Source of the DNA: a virus
Taxonomy: Duplodnaviria; Caudoviricetes
DNA: 62,079 bases
Strand: one strand, 5' to 3'
IMG/VR virus record: IMGVR_UViG_3300012942_000049
Location: 1 to 62,079 of that record
Within the stretch, counting starts at the first letter, position 1; each line of letters begins with the position of its first letter. A model generated the notes under the pieces. That model had not been told where the DNA came from and did no database searches. It saw only the letters and a list, made by a program, of their open reading frames with translations. Below are positions 1 through 9,763 of the stretch, piece by piece. The position numbers and the translations under genes were made by a program.

Positions 1-190
<190 letters not shown>

Positions 191-201
191 ATCAGTTGGG
201 G

Positions 202-627
202 TTACTCCCCCTCGAGCTCTTCGTCGTCGTCTGCGCCCTCTTCGGAAGCAGCCTCGGCCTGCTTGGCAGCGCGCTGGGCAGCCTTGCGCTCCTTGAGCGC
301 GTTCAGCTTCTCCTGCTTGTCAGCCTCGAGCTCACCGTTCTCGTAGGCCTCGAGGATCTGCTCGACCTCGGGATCCTGCGGACCCGACCAGGTCCAGCGA
401 GCACGGTTGCCGGCGACGATCTCGCGGTCAAGACGGCCATCTCGAGCCATCTTGCGAAGGAGGGTGCGAAGGTCGCGAGTCTTGACATCCTTGCCGTAGC
501 GAACCTTGATAATCTCGACGATGTCAGAAACACCGAAGACATCCTCATCGGTTGCCTCGGGCTCCGGAGCCGGGGCGGGCTTTGCTGCAGCCTTCTTCGT
601 GGCAGCGGTCTTGGTCTTAGTGGCCAT
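202..627 (-). CDS. Putative HTH/winged-helix DNA-binding protein with basic N-terminus and acidic tail
   Basis: AAGGA RBS, own promoter and terminator; core LRTLLRK...GNRARWTW resembles the 14683 and 22748 proteins. Confidence 0.65.
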   Translation of the reverse strand: MATKTKTAATKKAAAKPAPAPEPEATDEDVFGVSDIVEIIKVRYGKDVKTRDLRTLLRKMARDGRLDREIVAGNRARWTWSGPQDPEVEQILEAYENGELEADKQEKLNALKERKAAQRAAKQAEAASEEGADDDEELEGE

Positions 628-704
628 GTTATTATTCCTTTGTTTTTCTTAGCTCACTATCATCTGATCAGTAAGCGTGGCTCAAATGGAGCAATGCATA
701 AGCT

Positions 705-733
705 ACTTTATATCCATTGCTGCGCATTGTCAA
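705..733 (-). promoter_or_regulatory. sigmaA-type promoter TTGACA-17-TAAAGT
   Basis: Reverse complement of ACTTTA (705-710) and TGTCAA (728-733). Confidence 0.7.
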
Positions 734-758
734 GGAAACTCGGCTAAGATAATCAGCT

Positions 759-787
759 TTGACAAGGTACTAATGGTCATATATGAT
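759..787 (+). promoter_or_regulatory. sigmaA-type promoter TTGACA-17-TATGAT, divergent from the previous one
   Basis: Near-consensus hexamers with 17-bp spacer. Confidence 0.8.
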
Positions 788-824
788 TGAGGTATGACTT
801 TCCACAATTCTTAGAGGAGCTGCA

Positions 825-1226
825 ATGGCTAGTCGATATCTGCTTATTGAGTTCGACAACAGTGAACAAGCAGATGCCTTACGCGCACAAATAGATGCTG
901 CCACAAGGCGAGGTAAGAGATTTAGGGTAGTTGGACTATTCTCTAAGCCAGGACCAAGGTTTTGCCAGTGCGGTAAGTATGAGAACAAGAGAGGTCAGCA
1001 ATCTACTCTCAAGCGAGGTGAGAAGTTTGGTTGGTATGTCTGCACTGAATGCAAACTTCCTGCCCCAATCATGTCTCACCTCAAGAACCTGATTAAACCA
1101 TCTGATATCATTAATCCACCTAAATCCGCGATTCTCAATTCGAGAACACATGCCCCAACGGACATGGGATTCTATACTTATGGCCTCAATGCGCAAACAT
1201 TGAGCCAGTTTGAAACTTCGGACTGA
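825..1226 (+). CDS. Hypothetical protein with zinc-ribbon-like Cys pairs
   Basis: AGGAG RBS; CQCG and CTEC motifs. Confidence 0.7.
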   Translation: MASRYLLIEFDNSEQADALRAQIDAATRRGKRFRVVGLFSKPGPRFCQCGKYENKRGQQSTLKRGEKFGWYVCTECKLPAPIMSHLKNLIKPSDIINPPKSAILNSRTHAPTDMGFYTYGLNAQTLSQFETSD

Positions 1227-1266
1227 TCGATAAGCGCCCGGTCAGTCCGAACAGCTTGGGAGATAG

Positions 1267-2802
1267 ATGAGCACCATCTATAAGTTCAAAAAGAAGCCGT
1301 ATCGTCACCAGGTTCTAGCGATCAAAAAGCTCATGAGTACGGGCTATGGTGGTGCCCTCCTCATGGAACCCAGAACCGGTAAGACTAAAGTGGCTATTGA
1401 CTACACAGCGATTCAACATGTTGGTCATGGTGTCAATAGGGTGCTAGTGGTCTGTCCAGTAGTCGCATTTGAGGTGTGGAAACAACAGCTCAAAGAGAAC
1501 ATGCCTTATAAGTACCGCCTAACTGTTTGGGATCGTAGGGGAAGAAAACGCAGTGAAAAGAAACTACCCCCCTATGGTCAGGATATTCTGGACATAGTTA
1601 TAATCAACTATGATGCCTTTGCTACTCCTGGTGATTGGCGACGGCATCGTAGCGGACCTAATAAGGGTCAGCCCATAGTAAAGAATGGCACTAAGATTCG
1701 AGCACGCCGAGGTGGTCGATTCGATATGATCAAGGCTTTTAAACGGTGGCAACCTCAGCTCATTATTCTTGATGAGTCACACCGTATTAAATCTCCCAGT
1801 GCCAAGAAATCTACTGCCCTACATAGCATAGGTAAGGTTGCTGATTACCGTCTACTTCTGACGGGTACAGTTGTCACCAAAAGTAAGAGGCTGTTTGATA
1901 TCTATAGTCAATGGCTATTCTTGAACCCTGATCGATTCCAGGGTATGAACTTCAATGAGTTCAAACATCGTTATGGGCGGTTTATTATGCAGGACCGCTA
2001 TGAGAAATGGCTTGGTCCTATTAATCAAACTGACCTACACAAGAAAATACACCGAGATGCTTTTAGCATCACCAGAGAGGAATGTTATGACCTACCAGCC
2101 CAGACATCTCAGATCATCCCCGTCCCTCTGGAAGAGAGTGCGGAACTCTATGATCAGATGGCGGAAGACATGGTCGCTCGTATTGAAACGGGGGAAATAA
2201 CTGAAGCATCGATTCGCCTTGTTCAGCGACTAAGGCTTCAGCAGATTACCTCGGGAATTACTAAAACAAATCCCACTCCTCAGTATCCTAAAGGCCGTAT
2301 CGCAGTAATAGGTACAGAAAAACTGCGAGCGATTGAGGATCGCCTTGAGGATCTTATGGAAGCAGATGAGAAGGTAGTCATAGGTGCACTCTTCAAAGCA
2401 GATATACAGCGGCTCGAGGCACTCGGGAAAAAACTTAAGGTACCCACCTTCGCTTTACATGGGGGAACCCCTGGCCGTATCAGGGGAAAACTACCGGAAC
2501 AGTTTAAAGCGGCTCACGGAGGTGCTATCTTCATTGGGCAACCAGCTGCGGCAGGTGAAGCAATTGATCTCTCCTGTGCTAGCATCCTTCAATGGTATAG
2601 CCTTCCCTCCAGCTGGGTCAACTTTCGTCAGTTCTCAGATCGAATCGCCCTTAGTGATAAACCAACATTCCATGAGTTCTATCTCGCTGCAGGTACAGTT
2701 GACTTCATGCTCTATGAAACCCTCATGGAAGATGGGGACATCGGTAAGAAGATGATTTCCTCGCCTGAGAGGTTGCTTCGACTGGGTGTGGGATTAGAGT
2801 AA
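1267..2802 (+). CDS. SNF2-family (SF2) DNA helicase
   Basis: Walker A EPRTGKT, ILDESH, LLTGT, helicase C-terminal motifs. Confidence 0.9.
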   Translation: MSTIYKFKKKPYRHQVLAIKKLMSTGYGGALLMEPRTGKTKVAIDYTAIQHVGHGVNRVLVVCPVVAFEVWKQQLKENMPYKYRLTVWDRRGRKRSEKKLPPYGQDILDIVIINYDAFATPGDWRRHRSGPNKGQPIVKNGTKIRARRGGRFDMIKAFKRWQPQLIILDESHRIKSPSAKKSTALHSIGKVADYRLLLTGTVVTKSKRLFDIYSQWLFLNPDRFQGMNFNEFKHRYGRFIMQDRYEKWLGPINQTDLHKKIHRDAFSITREECYDLPAQTSQIIPVPLEESAELYDQMAEDMVARIETGEITEASIRLVQRLRLQQITSGITKTNPTPQYPKGRIAVIGTEKLRAIEDRLEDLMEADEKVVIGALFKADIQRLEALGKKLKVPTFALHGGTPGRIRGKLPEQFKAAHGGAIFIGQPAAAGEAIDLSCASILQWYSLPSSWVNFRQFSDRIALSDKPTFHEFYLAAGTVDFMLYETLMEDGDIGKKMISSPERLLRLGVGLE

Positions 2803-2832
2803 TTGACAAGGTGCATGGGTTTTTGATATGAT
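2803..2832 (+). promoter_or_regulatory. Promoter TTGACA...TATGAT for the nucleotide-metabolism operon
   Basis: Consensus hexamers directly after the helicase stop. Confidence 0.7.
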
Positions 2833-2863
2833 CCATGTACAAGATAAAGAAAGGCTCTAGTCA

Positions 2864-3055
2864 ATGACATTGGCAGAACTATTGAGTAAACTTGAAGAGG
2901 CTCAACTTAGGTTGCCTGACTTCAATCCTGAAGATATTCGAGTCAGAGTAATGGATGCTGACAATGGTTATTGTTATGACCTTAACCTTGGTGGGCTTCA
3001 GACTGAATCTTCACCTGACACTGCCATCATCTGGCTTACAGTGAGTGAAGCATGA
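2864..3055 (+). CDS. Hypothetical protein
   Basis: RBS; ATGA overlap with next gene. Confidence 0.6.
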   Translation: MTLAELLSKLEEAQLRLPDFNPEDIRVRVMDADNGYCYDLNLGGLQTESSPDTAIIWLTVSEA

Positions 3056-3591
3056 TCATCGTTGAAGGTCCAGATGGATCTGGTAAAACTACCCTTATCA
3101 AGTTGCTCAAGGATGAGCTGAACATTCCAGTAGCCCCTCGAGTGGTTAGCAAAGAAACCAAGGCTATGACCAATCTTCAAGATTGGGTAGATAATAACCT
3201 TGACGAGGGTTTCCAAAAAGTCATCTTCGATCGCTATCGTTTGATTAGTGAACCTATCTATGGCCCTATCCTTCGAAAAGGTCAGTCTGAGGGTTTTGAC
3301 TCACTTATGTGGCTTGGTCCTCGACTCAAGCGATTCTATGAGCTTGAACCGATCATCATCTATTGCCTTCCACACCTCTTTACTGTTGTGAAGAACATTG
3401 GACGAGACCATGACAATGATGTAGTTAGGCCTCATATCCAAGCTATCTATACTGCTTACGTTGCAAAGGCTGCAATGGATTATGCATTAGCCCCTGGGCG
3501 AGTGCATGTTTGGGACTATGAACATAGTCCTCAGGTAATGGGTCGGCCTATCTGGCTCCCAACAATCAAGGAAGAGCTTAAGAAGCGATGA
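3052..3591 (+). CDS. dNMP (thymidylate-kinase-like) kinase
   Basis: IIVEGPDGSGKTT P-loop; IFDR motif. Confidence 0.85.
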   Translation: MIIVEGPDGSGKTTLIKLLKDELNIPVAPRVVSKETKAMTNLQDWVDNNLDEGFQKVIFDRYRLISEPIYGPILRKGQSEGFDSLMWLGPRLKRFYELEPIIIYCLPHLFTVVKNIGRDHDNDVVRPHIQAIYTAYVAKAAMDYALAPGRVHVWDYEHSPQVMGRPIWLPTIKEELKKR

Positions 3592-4094
3592 CCCAAGAAG
3601 ATGACTATATCGATCGTCTCGGTGAGATGTTCGAGAAGCAGGATCAACTCCAGTCTAGTACCTATGGTGATGGCAAATCACCTCGGGATTTTAGTCAAGA
3701 GGCTAAGATCGAGTTTATCAAGACCAATGTGATCGCCCTGACTGACGAATTGCATGAAGCCCTCGGTGAAGTTGGATGGAAGCCTTGGGCTACCAGCAAG
3801 CACATCAACATCGAGGCTTTTAAGTCTGAACTTGTCGATGCCTGGCACTTCTTCATGAATCTGGCCATCGTGGTCGATATGACACCTGAGGATCTTTATC
3901 AGGGATACCTTGCCAAACGAGCCAAGAACATCAAGCGCCAGGAAGATGGCTATGATGGAGTCAGTACTAAGTGTCCTGGTTGCGGTCGTGCCCTTGATGA
4001 TGATGCAGTTGACTGCTGCGTCGAGACCATTCGTATCGGCGAGCAGGACATCTGGTGCTTCGTTAAGAACGAGCGATTCACGGTGAAGCGATGA
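3588..4094 (+). CDS. All-alpha (MazG/dimeric dUTPase-dCTPase-like) dNTP pyrophosphatase
   Basis: DELHE...WKPW...ELVDAWHF...KNIKRQ motifs. Confidence 0.85.
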   Translation: MTQEDDYIDRLGEMFEKQDQLQSSTYGDGKSPRDFSQEAKIEFIKTNVIALTDELHEALGEVGWKPWATSKHINIEAFKSELVDAWHFFMNLAIVVDMTPEDLYQGYLAKRAKNIKRQEDGYDGVSTKCPGCGRALDDDAVDCCVETIRIGEQDIWCFVKNERFTVKR

Positions 4095-5119
4095 GAACTT
4101 ACACTGCAGCTACAATGACCGAGCTTTATGACAAGCTCACAGATAGCCTCATCATGGCCACTGAAGATGAACTCGATGTTATTTCTACCGTCGATGTTCA
4201 GATCCATGACATCATGGGTGAAGCAGCCAGTATGAAGTGGGACTTTGACTTCAAGTCTGCTTGGCTCACTAAATCCCGTTGGTCGATGATGGTTCGCCAG
4301 TATATCGATCCTGAAGAACTGGAGGCTTGGATTGGCCGATGCACCAGCAGAATTGGACTTCGCGGCCGGGGAGTCGCTGTCTTTAGAACTAAGGTCGTCG
4401 CTCCACGGGGTGGGGCTGCTACTGGTCATACTAACAAGGAGACCAGACGTTGGGGTAGTTGCATGCTCAATATCTCGTATAAGGCCCTACCGACTCCTCA
4501 GATCACTCTCTTTTCCCGAACCTCTTACCTTGGTTACATTGGAGCGCTCGATCTCTCTGTTGCCTGGATGGTCGGGAGTTACCTTGCCAAGGAGATGGGT
4601 GTTAGTGTCGAAAGGTTCAAGTTCGTCTGGGTCAATCAGGCAATCCAATGGCACAACTTCAAGTCGCTGGCTTACATGCTCAACCACACCAATCCCGAGC
4701 AGAGAGAGCAATATCGACGGTATCTAATCTCACCGAGTGCTGAATTGGCAGGTGTGGAAAAGAGGGCCATCCTCGACCACCCTGCAATCAAGCTGTCACG
4801 CAAGTGGTTGCAGAAGGTTATTCGAGAAGATGCCGCCGGCAGAACTTATGGTGATATGACCTATAACACCTTTAGAAGAATCGTTCGTCGATTCCATACT
4901 GAGGTGTATGGTGAGGAATATGCCAAGCAGTTTGAGGGATGGTCATACTTCAAAAAGGGTGATCGAACCGGTGAGCAAAAAGAGTTCTTTAAACTCTACA
5001 ATTTGCTCCCGTCAGTAAAAGTTGATAGCCTAGATTTATCGCCCATTCGTATGCCGATGTCACGAAATTATGGGGAACCCTTTATCGGCGAAATAGAAGA
5101 CGAGGATGATGATGACTAA
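4091..5119 (+). CDS. Divergent thymidylate-synthase-fold protein
   Basis: SCML...LFSRTSYLGYIGALD...LAKEMG...FVW...QWH aligns by eye with the TS catalytic core. Confidence 0.55.
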   Translation: MRTYTAATMTELYDKLTDSLIMATEDELDVISTVDVQIHDIMGEAASMKWDFDFKSAWLTKSRWSMMVRQYIDPEELEAWIGRCTSRIGLRGRGVAVFRTKVVAPRGGAATGHTNKETRRWGSCMLNISYKALPTPQITLFSRTSYLGYIGALDLSVAWMVGSYLAKEMGVSVERFKFVWVNQAIQWHNFKSLAYMLNHTNPEQREQYRRYLISPSAELAGVEKRAILDHPAIKLSRKWLQKVIREDAAGRTYGDMTYNTFRRIVRRFHTEVYGEEYAKQFEGWSYFKKGDRTGEQKEFFKLYNLLPSVKVDSLDLSPIRMPMSRNYGEPFIGEIEDEDDDD

Positions 5120-5306
5120 GGCTCGGGGTATCGTAACCTGCCCCACCTGCATTCATGAGGTTAGGCGGCAGGAGCCACATGTTGAATGGATGGATGTCTA
5201 TATCTGTGACAATCCCTCATGCCCCGTATTCAACTTCACTATTCGGTGGGCATCATCACCCGCAAGCTCATCACAAGTCGATCAGTCAGCTCTCCAAAGC
5301 CGATAG
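5106..5306 (+). CDS. Small zinc-ribbon hypothetical protein
   Basis: CPTC...CDNPSC; overlaps upstream stop. Confidence 0.5.
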   Translation: MMMTKARGIVTCPTCIHEVRRQEPHVEWMDVYICDNPSCPVFNFTIRWASSPASSSQVDQSALQSR

Positions 5307-5317
5307 GAGATAAACTC

Positions 5318-6193
5318 TTGCATCACTATGATTCACCTTACTTCATCGATAACTTTCTGGCCATTCGGAAAGAGTTGATAAACCAACCAAACGTCAATGT
5401 TGGGGAATGGCAATCTCAGCATGATCAGGAGAAGTTCTTGATGAAAGAACTACTTCATGTGACTATGGAATATGATCTACCTGAGAATGCTCTTTTGCTA
5501 GGAGTAGCTACAGGAGCTCGATTGCCCTGGGCTGAAGATCACTTCCAGGAACGAGTGAGTGGTAAACCTCTCAATCCTGCACCAAGTGAAGCCTGGTGGC
5601 CTTTCAGGCAGAACAAGTCGGGTAATACCAATGAAGCTCACAAGAGTGAAGGTGGTCAAGCCTTTAGCCACACTTATCCTGAGCGAATGTGGCCGAAGTT
5701 CGCTAATCCCATTGGTGATGGCATCATGGATGAACACGATCTAAACCCAATGATGGGTATTAGGTTTAACTATGGTGATCTTGTAGATGTGGTCAAGCAA
5801 TTGGTACATCATCCCATGACTCGCCAGGCTTATCTACCCATCTGGTTTCCGGAGGATACTGGGGCTGTCAAGGGTCAGCGAGTTCCTTGTACCCTGGGTT
5901 ACCATTTCATCATTCGTGATGGTAAGTTGGACATCAGCTATTTCATGCGATCTACAGACTTGCTTCGTCATTTCCAGGATGATGTCTATATGGCAGGTCG
6001 ACTTGCTCAATGGATGGTAGATGAGATTAACTTCTCTTATGAGACTAGTTATTATGGTGACGTCTATCCCACCCCAGATGAACAAAAACTTGAGGTTGGT
6101 AAACTAATCTTCCACACCGCCAACATGCATATCTTCGTTGGTGATGTACCTCTGATCAACTATTGGGAATCCCAAGGTAAGGTTTGGTACTGA
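5318..6193 (+). CDS. Thymidylate synthase family protein, dCMP hydroxymethylase/methylase-like (start uncertain, ORF open from 5219)
   Basis: TRQA, VPCT, MRSTDLLRHFQDD, NMHIF; TTG start after AGGAGA. Confidence 0.8.
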   Translation: MHHYDSPYFIDNFLAIRKELINQPNVNVGEWQSQHDQEKFLMKELLHVTMEYDLPENALLLGVATGARLPWAEDHFQERVSGKPLNPAPSEAWWPFRQNKSGNTNEAHKSEGGQAFSHTYPERMWPKFANPIGDGIMDEHDLNPMMGIRFNYGDLVDVVKQLVHHPMTRQAYLPIWFPEDTGAVKGQRVPCTLGYHFIIRDGKLDISYFMRSTDLLRHFQDDVYMAGRLAQWMVDEINFSYETSYYGDVYPTPDEQKLEVGKLIFHTANMHIFVGDVPLINYWESQGKVWY

Positions 6194-6342
6194 TGAGAGA
6201 AAGTCGCCGAATTAGGACTAGTTTTATCAAGGTTGCTTATAACCTTAGATACTATGAGTGGTATTCTTGGAACCCTAATGTGAATTATGACACTCTTAAT
6301 TTCCATCACGGGGCTGCACTGAATGGACCGAGATACCTATGA
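6193..6342 (+). CDS. Small hypothetical protein (49 aa)
   Basis: TGATG and ATGA overlaps with flanking genes; not in ORF track. Confidence 0.45.
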   Translation: MRESRRIRTSFIKVAYNLRYYEWYSWNPNVNYDTLNFHHGAALNGPRYL

Positions 6343-6779
6343 GAATTACAAGAGATGACATGCTTATGGAGGTGGCATTAGTTGTCGCAAAACGAGGAAC
6401 CTGTAGTAGACTCCAAGTTGGTGCAGTTATATCTCGAGATGGAAGAATCATTACGACAGGTTACAATGGAGCTCCATCAGGCCTCCCCCATTGTGACCAC
6501 CGTTTCGATGGACCCGAGGCTGGGGGATGCGAGATCGCAGAACATGCTGAGAGAAATGCAGTCGCATTTGCGGCAAAGTATGGACTCGCTCTCGACAATG
6601 CGGAAGTCCATTGCACCCATGCGCCTTGTCTCGCCTGTAGTAGAACCCTTGTCAATTCAGGCATCACCCGCGTTAGTTATGCCATACCCTATCGATTGAC
6701 TGCTGGTGTGGAATTGCTTGAAACTGCTGGAGTCGAAGTGTTGCAACTAAGTTTGCCCAATGGTAGAATGCTATGGTGA
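6339..6779 (+). CDS. dCMP deaminase
   Basis: TGYNG, HAERNA, PCLAC zinc motifs. Confidence 0.92.
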   Translation: MRITRDDMLMEVALVVAKRGTCSRLQVGAVISRDGRIITTGYNGAPSGLPHCDHRFDGPEAGGCEIAEHAERNAVAFAAKYGLALDNAEVHCTHAPCLACSRTLVNSGITRVSYAIPYRLTAGVELLETAGVEVLQLSLPNGRMLW

Positions 6780-9292
6780 TCTTAGTTGACCGATGCAACT
6801 TCTGCAATGAGCATGACGTAGAGTCATATGCCAAGGGCCCAAAAAACGCAGATATCGTTGTAGTTACTAATCGTAAGAATAGTACCAGATTTCAAGATGC
6901 ACTTGAGCTCGAGCTAACACAACTCGGTCTTGATGTGGGTGAGATTTACTTTACCCCAGTAATCAAGTGCACTGACTACAATACTTCTCCAACGAATAAG
7001 CAACTAAAGGCCCATGCACAAGACTACCTGATACCTGAACTCGAGAGGGTTAAACCCCAGTTTATCTTGGCTCTAGGCAATGAGGCCTTGCTAGCCATTA
7101 CTGGCAAGTCAGGTATTACAAAGTATCGGGGTCGTACTTTTGAGGCAATGGGTGCAAAGGTAGTTTCCACTATTTCACCATCAGCGGTGAATCGCAACCC
7201 TGGCCAAAAACCTGCATTTCTTGCTGACCTTAGGCTCTTCGTCAACAATGTGATGGATAGGTCAGCAGGTATTAAACCTCCCAAGTATCTCACAGTGGAT
7301 ACTAAGGAGAGTTTCGATAAGATGCTAAAGATCCTCGACATGTGCGAGGAAATCGACATTGACATTGAGACTACTCGGGATGAGTATTATACTCCAGAAT
7401 TCCGAATGATCAGCCTTGCTGCTACATGCGAGGTGCGCACTTCCTTTGGTGAACTAAAGATAGCAGTATTTGCTCTACCTCTTTACCATCCTCAATCACC
7501 CTGGCGGGGTCAATGGCAAAAGGTTCTACGAATCTTTGGTAAGCATGTACATAAGATTAAGAGGGTAGTTGCTCATAATGCCTCCTTCGACTGTAAAGCC
7601 CTCATGTGGTGTGGAGTACCCCTTTTACCCACCTTTGATACCATGCTCGCCATTCACTTGCTCAATGAGAATGTGCAACGTGGTCTTAAACCTCAGGCAA
7701 TGGCTCGACTTGGGGTAGAGCCTTGGGGTATTGATACTGGCAACCTGTTCAACTACCCAATTGAAGAAGTACTTCATTACAACGTTCTTGATACTTGGTA
7801 TATGTATCATGTCAAGAAGCAATTGCTCGAAGAGCTTAAGGAACAACCTCGACTTCTTCGCATCTTTAGTAAGTTGACGATGCCGGCACAGCGAGAACTT
7901 ATACCCAGTGAGATAAGGGGTGCATGGATCGATGTCGATAGACTCAAGGCAAGAAAACCCCAGGCTGAACAACGACTTGCCGACATTGAGCAGCGTATCC
8001 GAGAGGCTGCAAAACTCCCTGACCCTAATTCAGAAGAGTGGCCTGCCACTATCAGACATCTCAAATCGGGTGATCGCCGTATTCCCTGGACCGAAAACTT
8101 CAATGCATCGCAGTTTGCAAGATGGATGCTTTTCGATCATCTGGGACTTCCTGTTGCAGAGCGGGGAAAACCTAAGCCAGATGGTTCACCAGGTGACCCA
8201 AGTATGGCTGAAGGTCAACTCATGGCTCTCAAAGAGGCTCACCCAGTAATTCCACACATGCTTGATCGAGTGACTGCGCAGAAGCACCTCTCGAGTTTCT
8301 TCAATCCATATGCGGAGCTCTACGATGAAAACCACAGAATTCATACCACATTCAAGCTCGCGGGTACAGTTACTGGGCGACTCAGTTCTGGTAAAGCTGA
8401 CGCGGATAAAATATCAGGTACTAGGGGTAAACTTCGAGGTGTCAATCTGCAGCAGGTTCCTCGCGACCCCTTTATCCGGGGGCTTTTCGGTGCGCCGCCT
8501 GGGTGGACCTTCGTTGAGAGTGACTATTCACAGGTCGAACTGAGGGTAGCTGCATACCTAGCTGATGAAACCACCATGAAGCATATCTATGCAACTGGTG
8601 GTGATATTCACCTCTCAACTGCAGCTCGAGTTACTGGATTGCCCCCATCTCAGGTTACCAAGGAAATTCGTAAGGTAGTTGGAAAACCAGTTAACTTTGG
8701 CTTTCTCTATGGTATGAGTTGGAGAAAGTTCATTATTACCGCATTCGAGAACTATGGTTCTCACTTCTCTGAAGCTGAAGCTAGGGGCGCTCGCGAGGCA
8801 TACTTTGCTCTATATCCTAAATTGCTTCCCTGGCACGCCAAGCAGCGACGATTGGTGAATGAATATGGTCGAGTAGTAAGTCCTCTGGGGCGCGTCAGGC
8901 ACCTCCCTGACATATACTCACCTGATAAGAAGGTGCGCGCTGAAGCTGAAAGGCAAGCGATCAACTCACCCGTTCAAGGTTTCGCTTCTGACCTGGCACT
9001 TCTCAGTATGATCATCATTAACCAACGATTCAAGGAGATGGGTGCTGAAGCCCATTGCATTGGTTTGGTTCATGATGCTCTGAACTTCGAGATTAGGAAT
9101 GACTGGCTTAGTCGCTGCCTGCCTGTGATCAAAGATACAATGGAAGATATGGACATTGTATATAAGAAGTTTGGTACGGTAGTTGATATACCAATTGTTG
9201 CTGACGTTGCAGTTGGTCAGCACTGGGGCGATAAGAAAGAACTCACGCCTGAGCAAGTGTATGACTTTAAGCTTGAGTACAGGGGAAATTGA
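6773..9292 (+). CDS. Family A DNA polymerase with N-terminal uracil-DNA-glycosylase-like domain and 3'-5' exonuclease
   Basis: DIET, HNASFD, TGRLSS, NLQQVP, DYSQVELR, KPVNFGFLYG, VHD; N-terminal UDG family 4-like motifs. Confidence 0.93.
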   Translation: MVILVDRCNFCNEHDVESYAKGPKNADIVVVTNRKNSTRFQDALELELTQLGLDVGEIYFTPVIKCTDYNTSPTNKQLKAHAQDYLIPELERVKPQFILALGNEALLAITGKSGITKYRGRTFEAMGAKVVSTISPSAVNRNPGQKPAFLADLRLFVNNVMDRSAGIKPPKYLTVDTKESFDKMLKILDMCEEIDIDIETTRDEYYTPEFRMISLAATCEVRTSFGELKIAVFALPLYHPQSPWRGQWQKVLRIFGKHVHKIKRVVAHNASFDCKALMWCGVPLLPTFDTMLAIHLLNENVQRGLKPQAMARLGVEPWGIDTGNLFNYPIEEVLHYNVLDTWYMYHVKKQLLEELKEQPRLLRIFSKLTMPAQRELIPSEIRGAWIDVDRLKARKPQAEQRLADIEQRIREAAKLPDPNSEEWPATIRHLKSGDRRIPWTENFNASQFARWMLFDHLGLPVAERGKPKPDGSPGDPSMAEGQLMALKEAHPVIPHMLDRVTAQKHLSSFFNPYAELYDENHRIHTTFKLAGTVTGRLSSGKADADKISGTRGKLRGVNLQQVPRDPFIRGLFGAPPGWTFVESDYSQVELRVAAYLADETTMKHIYATGGDIHLSTAARVTGLPPSQVTKEIRKVVGKPVNFGFLYGMSWRKFIITAFENYGSHFSEAEARGAREAYFALYPKLLPWHAKQRRLVNEYGRVVSPLGRVRHLPDIYSPDKKVRAEAERQAINSPVQGFASDLALLSMIIINQRFKEMGAEAHCIGLVHDALNFEIRNDWLSRCLPVIKDTMEDMDIVYKKFGTVVDIPIVADVAVGQHWGDKKELTPEQVYDFKLEYRGN

Positions 9293-9316
9293 CACCTGCT
9301 GCAGGGTTGATATAAT
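9289..9316 (+). promoter_or_regulatory. Promoter TTGACA...TATAAT
   Basis: Perfect consensus hexamers. Confidence 0.75.
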
Positions 9317-9333
9317 TGATCTATAGAAAGGGG

Positions 9334-9600
9334 ATGACAATAATGACTGAGTTAACCTACATAGGCACAAGAAAAACGCAGCAGGGTAAAACTCTTTATC
9401 TCTATCGCAGAGATCAAGCTAATGGTCGATGGAAATTGGCAATTCTTCAAGAGAGCCTCATTCCAGTACTTATTGGCAGTGTAATGGAAGTGGATGAACC
9501 ATCACCAGGTAAGTTTAGCAAGCACCGCATTCGGCTTCTAGAGGTCAAGTATGATGCCCTCGCCGAAAAGTGGAAAAGACTAGATGGCAAGGTGATCTAA
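9334..9600 (+). CDS. Hypothetical protein (start uncertain)
   Basis: ORF downstream of promoter and GAAAGG RBS. Confidence 0.55.
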   Translation: MTIMTELTYIGTRKTQQGKTLYLYRRDQANGRWKLAILQESLIPVLIGSVMEVDEPSPGKFSKHRIRLLEVKYDALAEKWKRLDGKVI

Positions 9601-9762
9601 ATGCCACTCTGCCGTCGAACTTCAAAGCCAATCATTCGAACCGAGCTTGATGCCAAGATCGCATTGGCTCGACGCCTTCGTAATGATAGGGGTGAGATTC
9701 GCTACTACAAATGTGAATTCTGCCACAAATACCACCTTACTTCACAGGAGAAGAGAAGCTAA
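9601..9762 (+). CDS. Small zinc-finger protein (53 aa, YxCxxCxxxHLT)
   Basis: MPLCRRTSK...YYKCEFCHKYHLTS; directly follows previous stop; not in ORF track. Confidence 0.6.
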   Translation: MPLCRRTSKPIIRTELDAKIALARRLRNDRGEIRYYKCEFCHKYHLTSQEKRS

Positions 9763-9763
9763 C

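Noticed and set aside
5318-6193. Annotation as ordinary thyA
   Set aside because: Asp at the Asn177-equivalent position argues for a dCMP substrate, so no gene symbol was given
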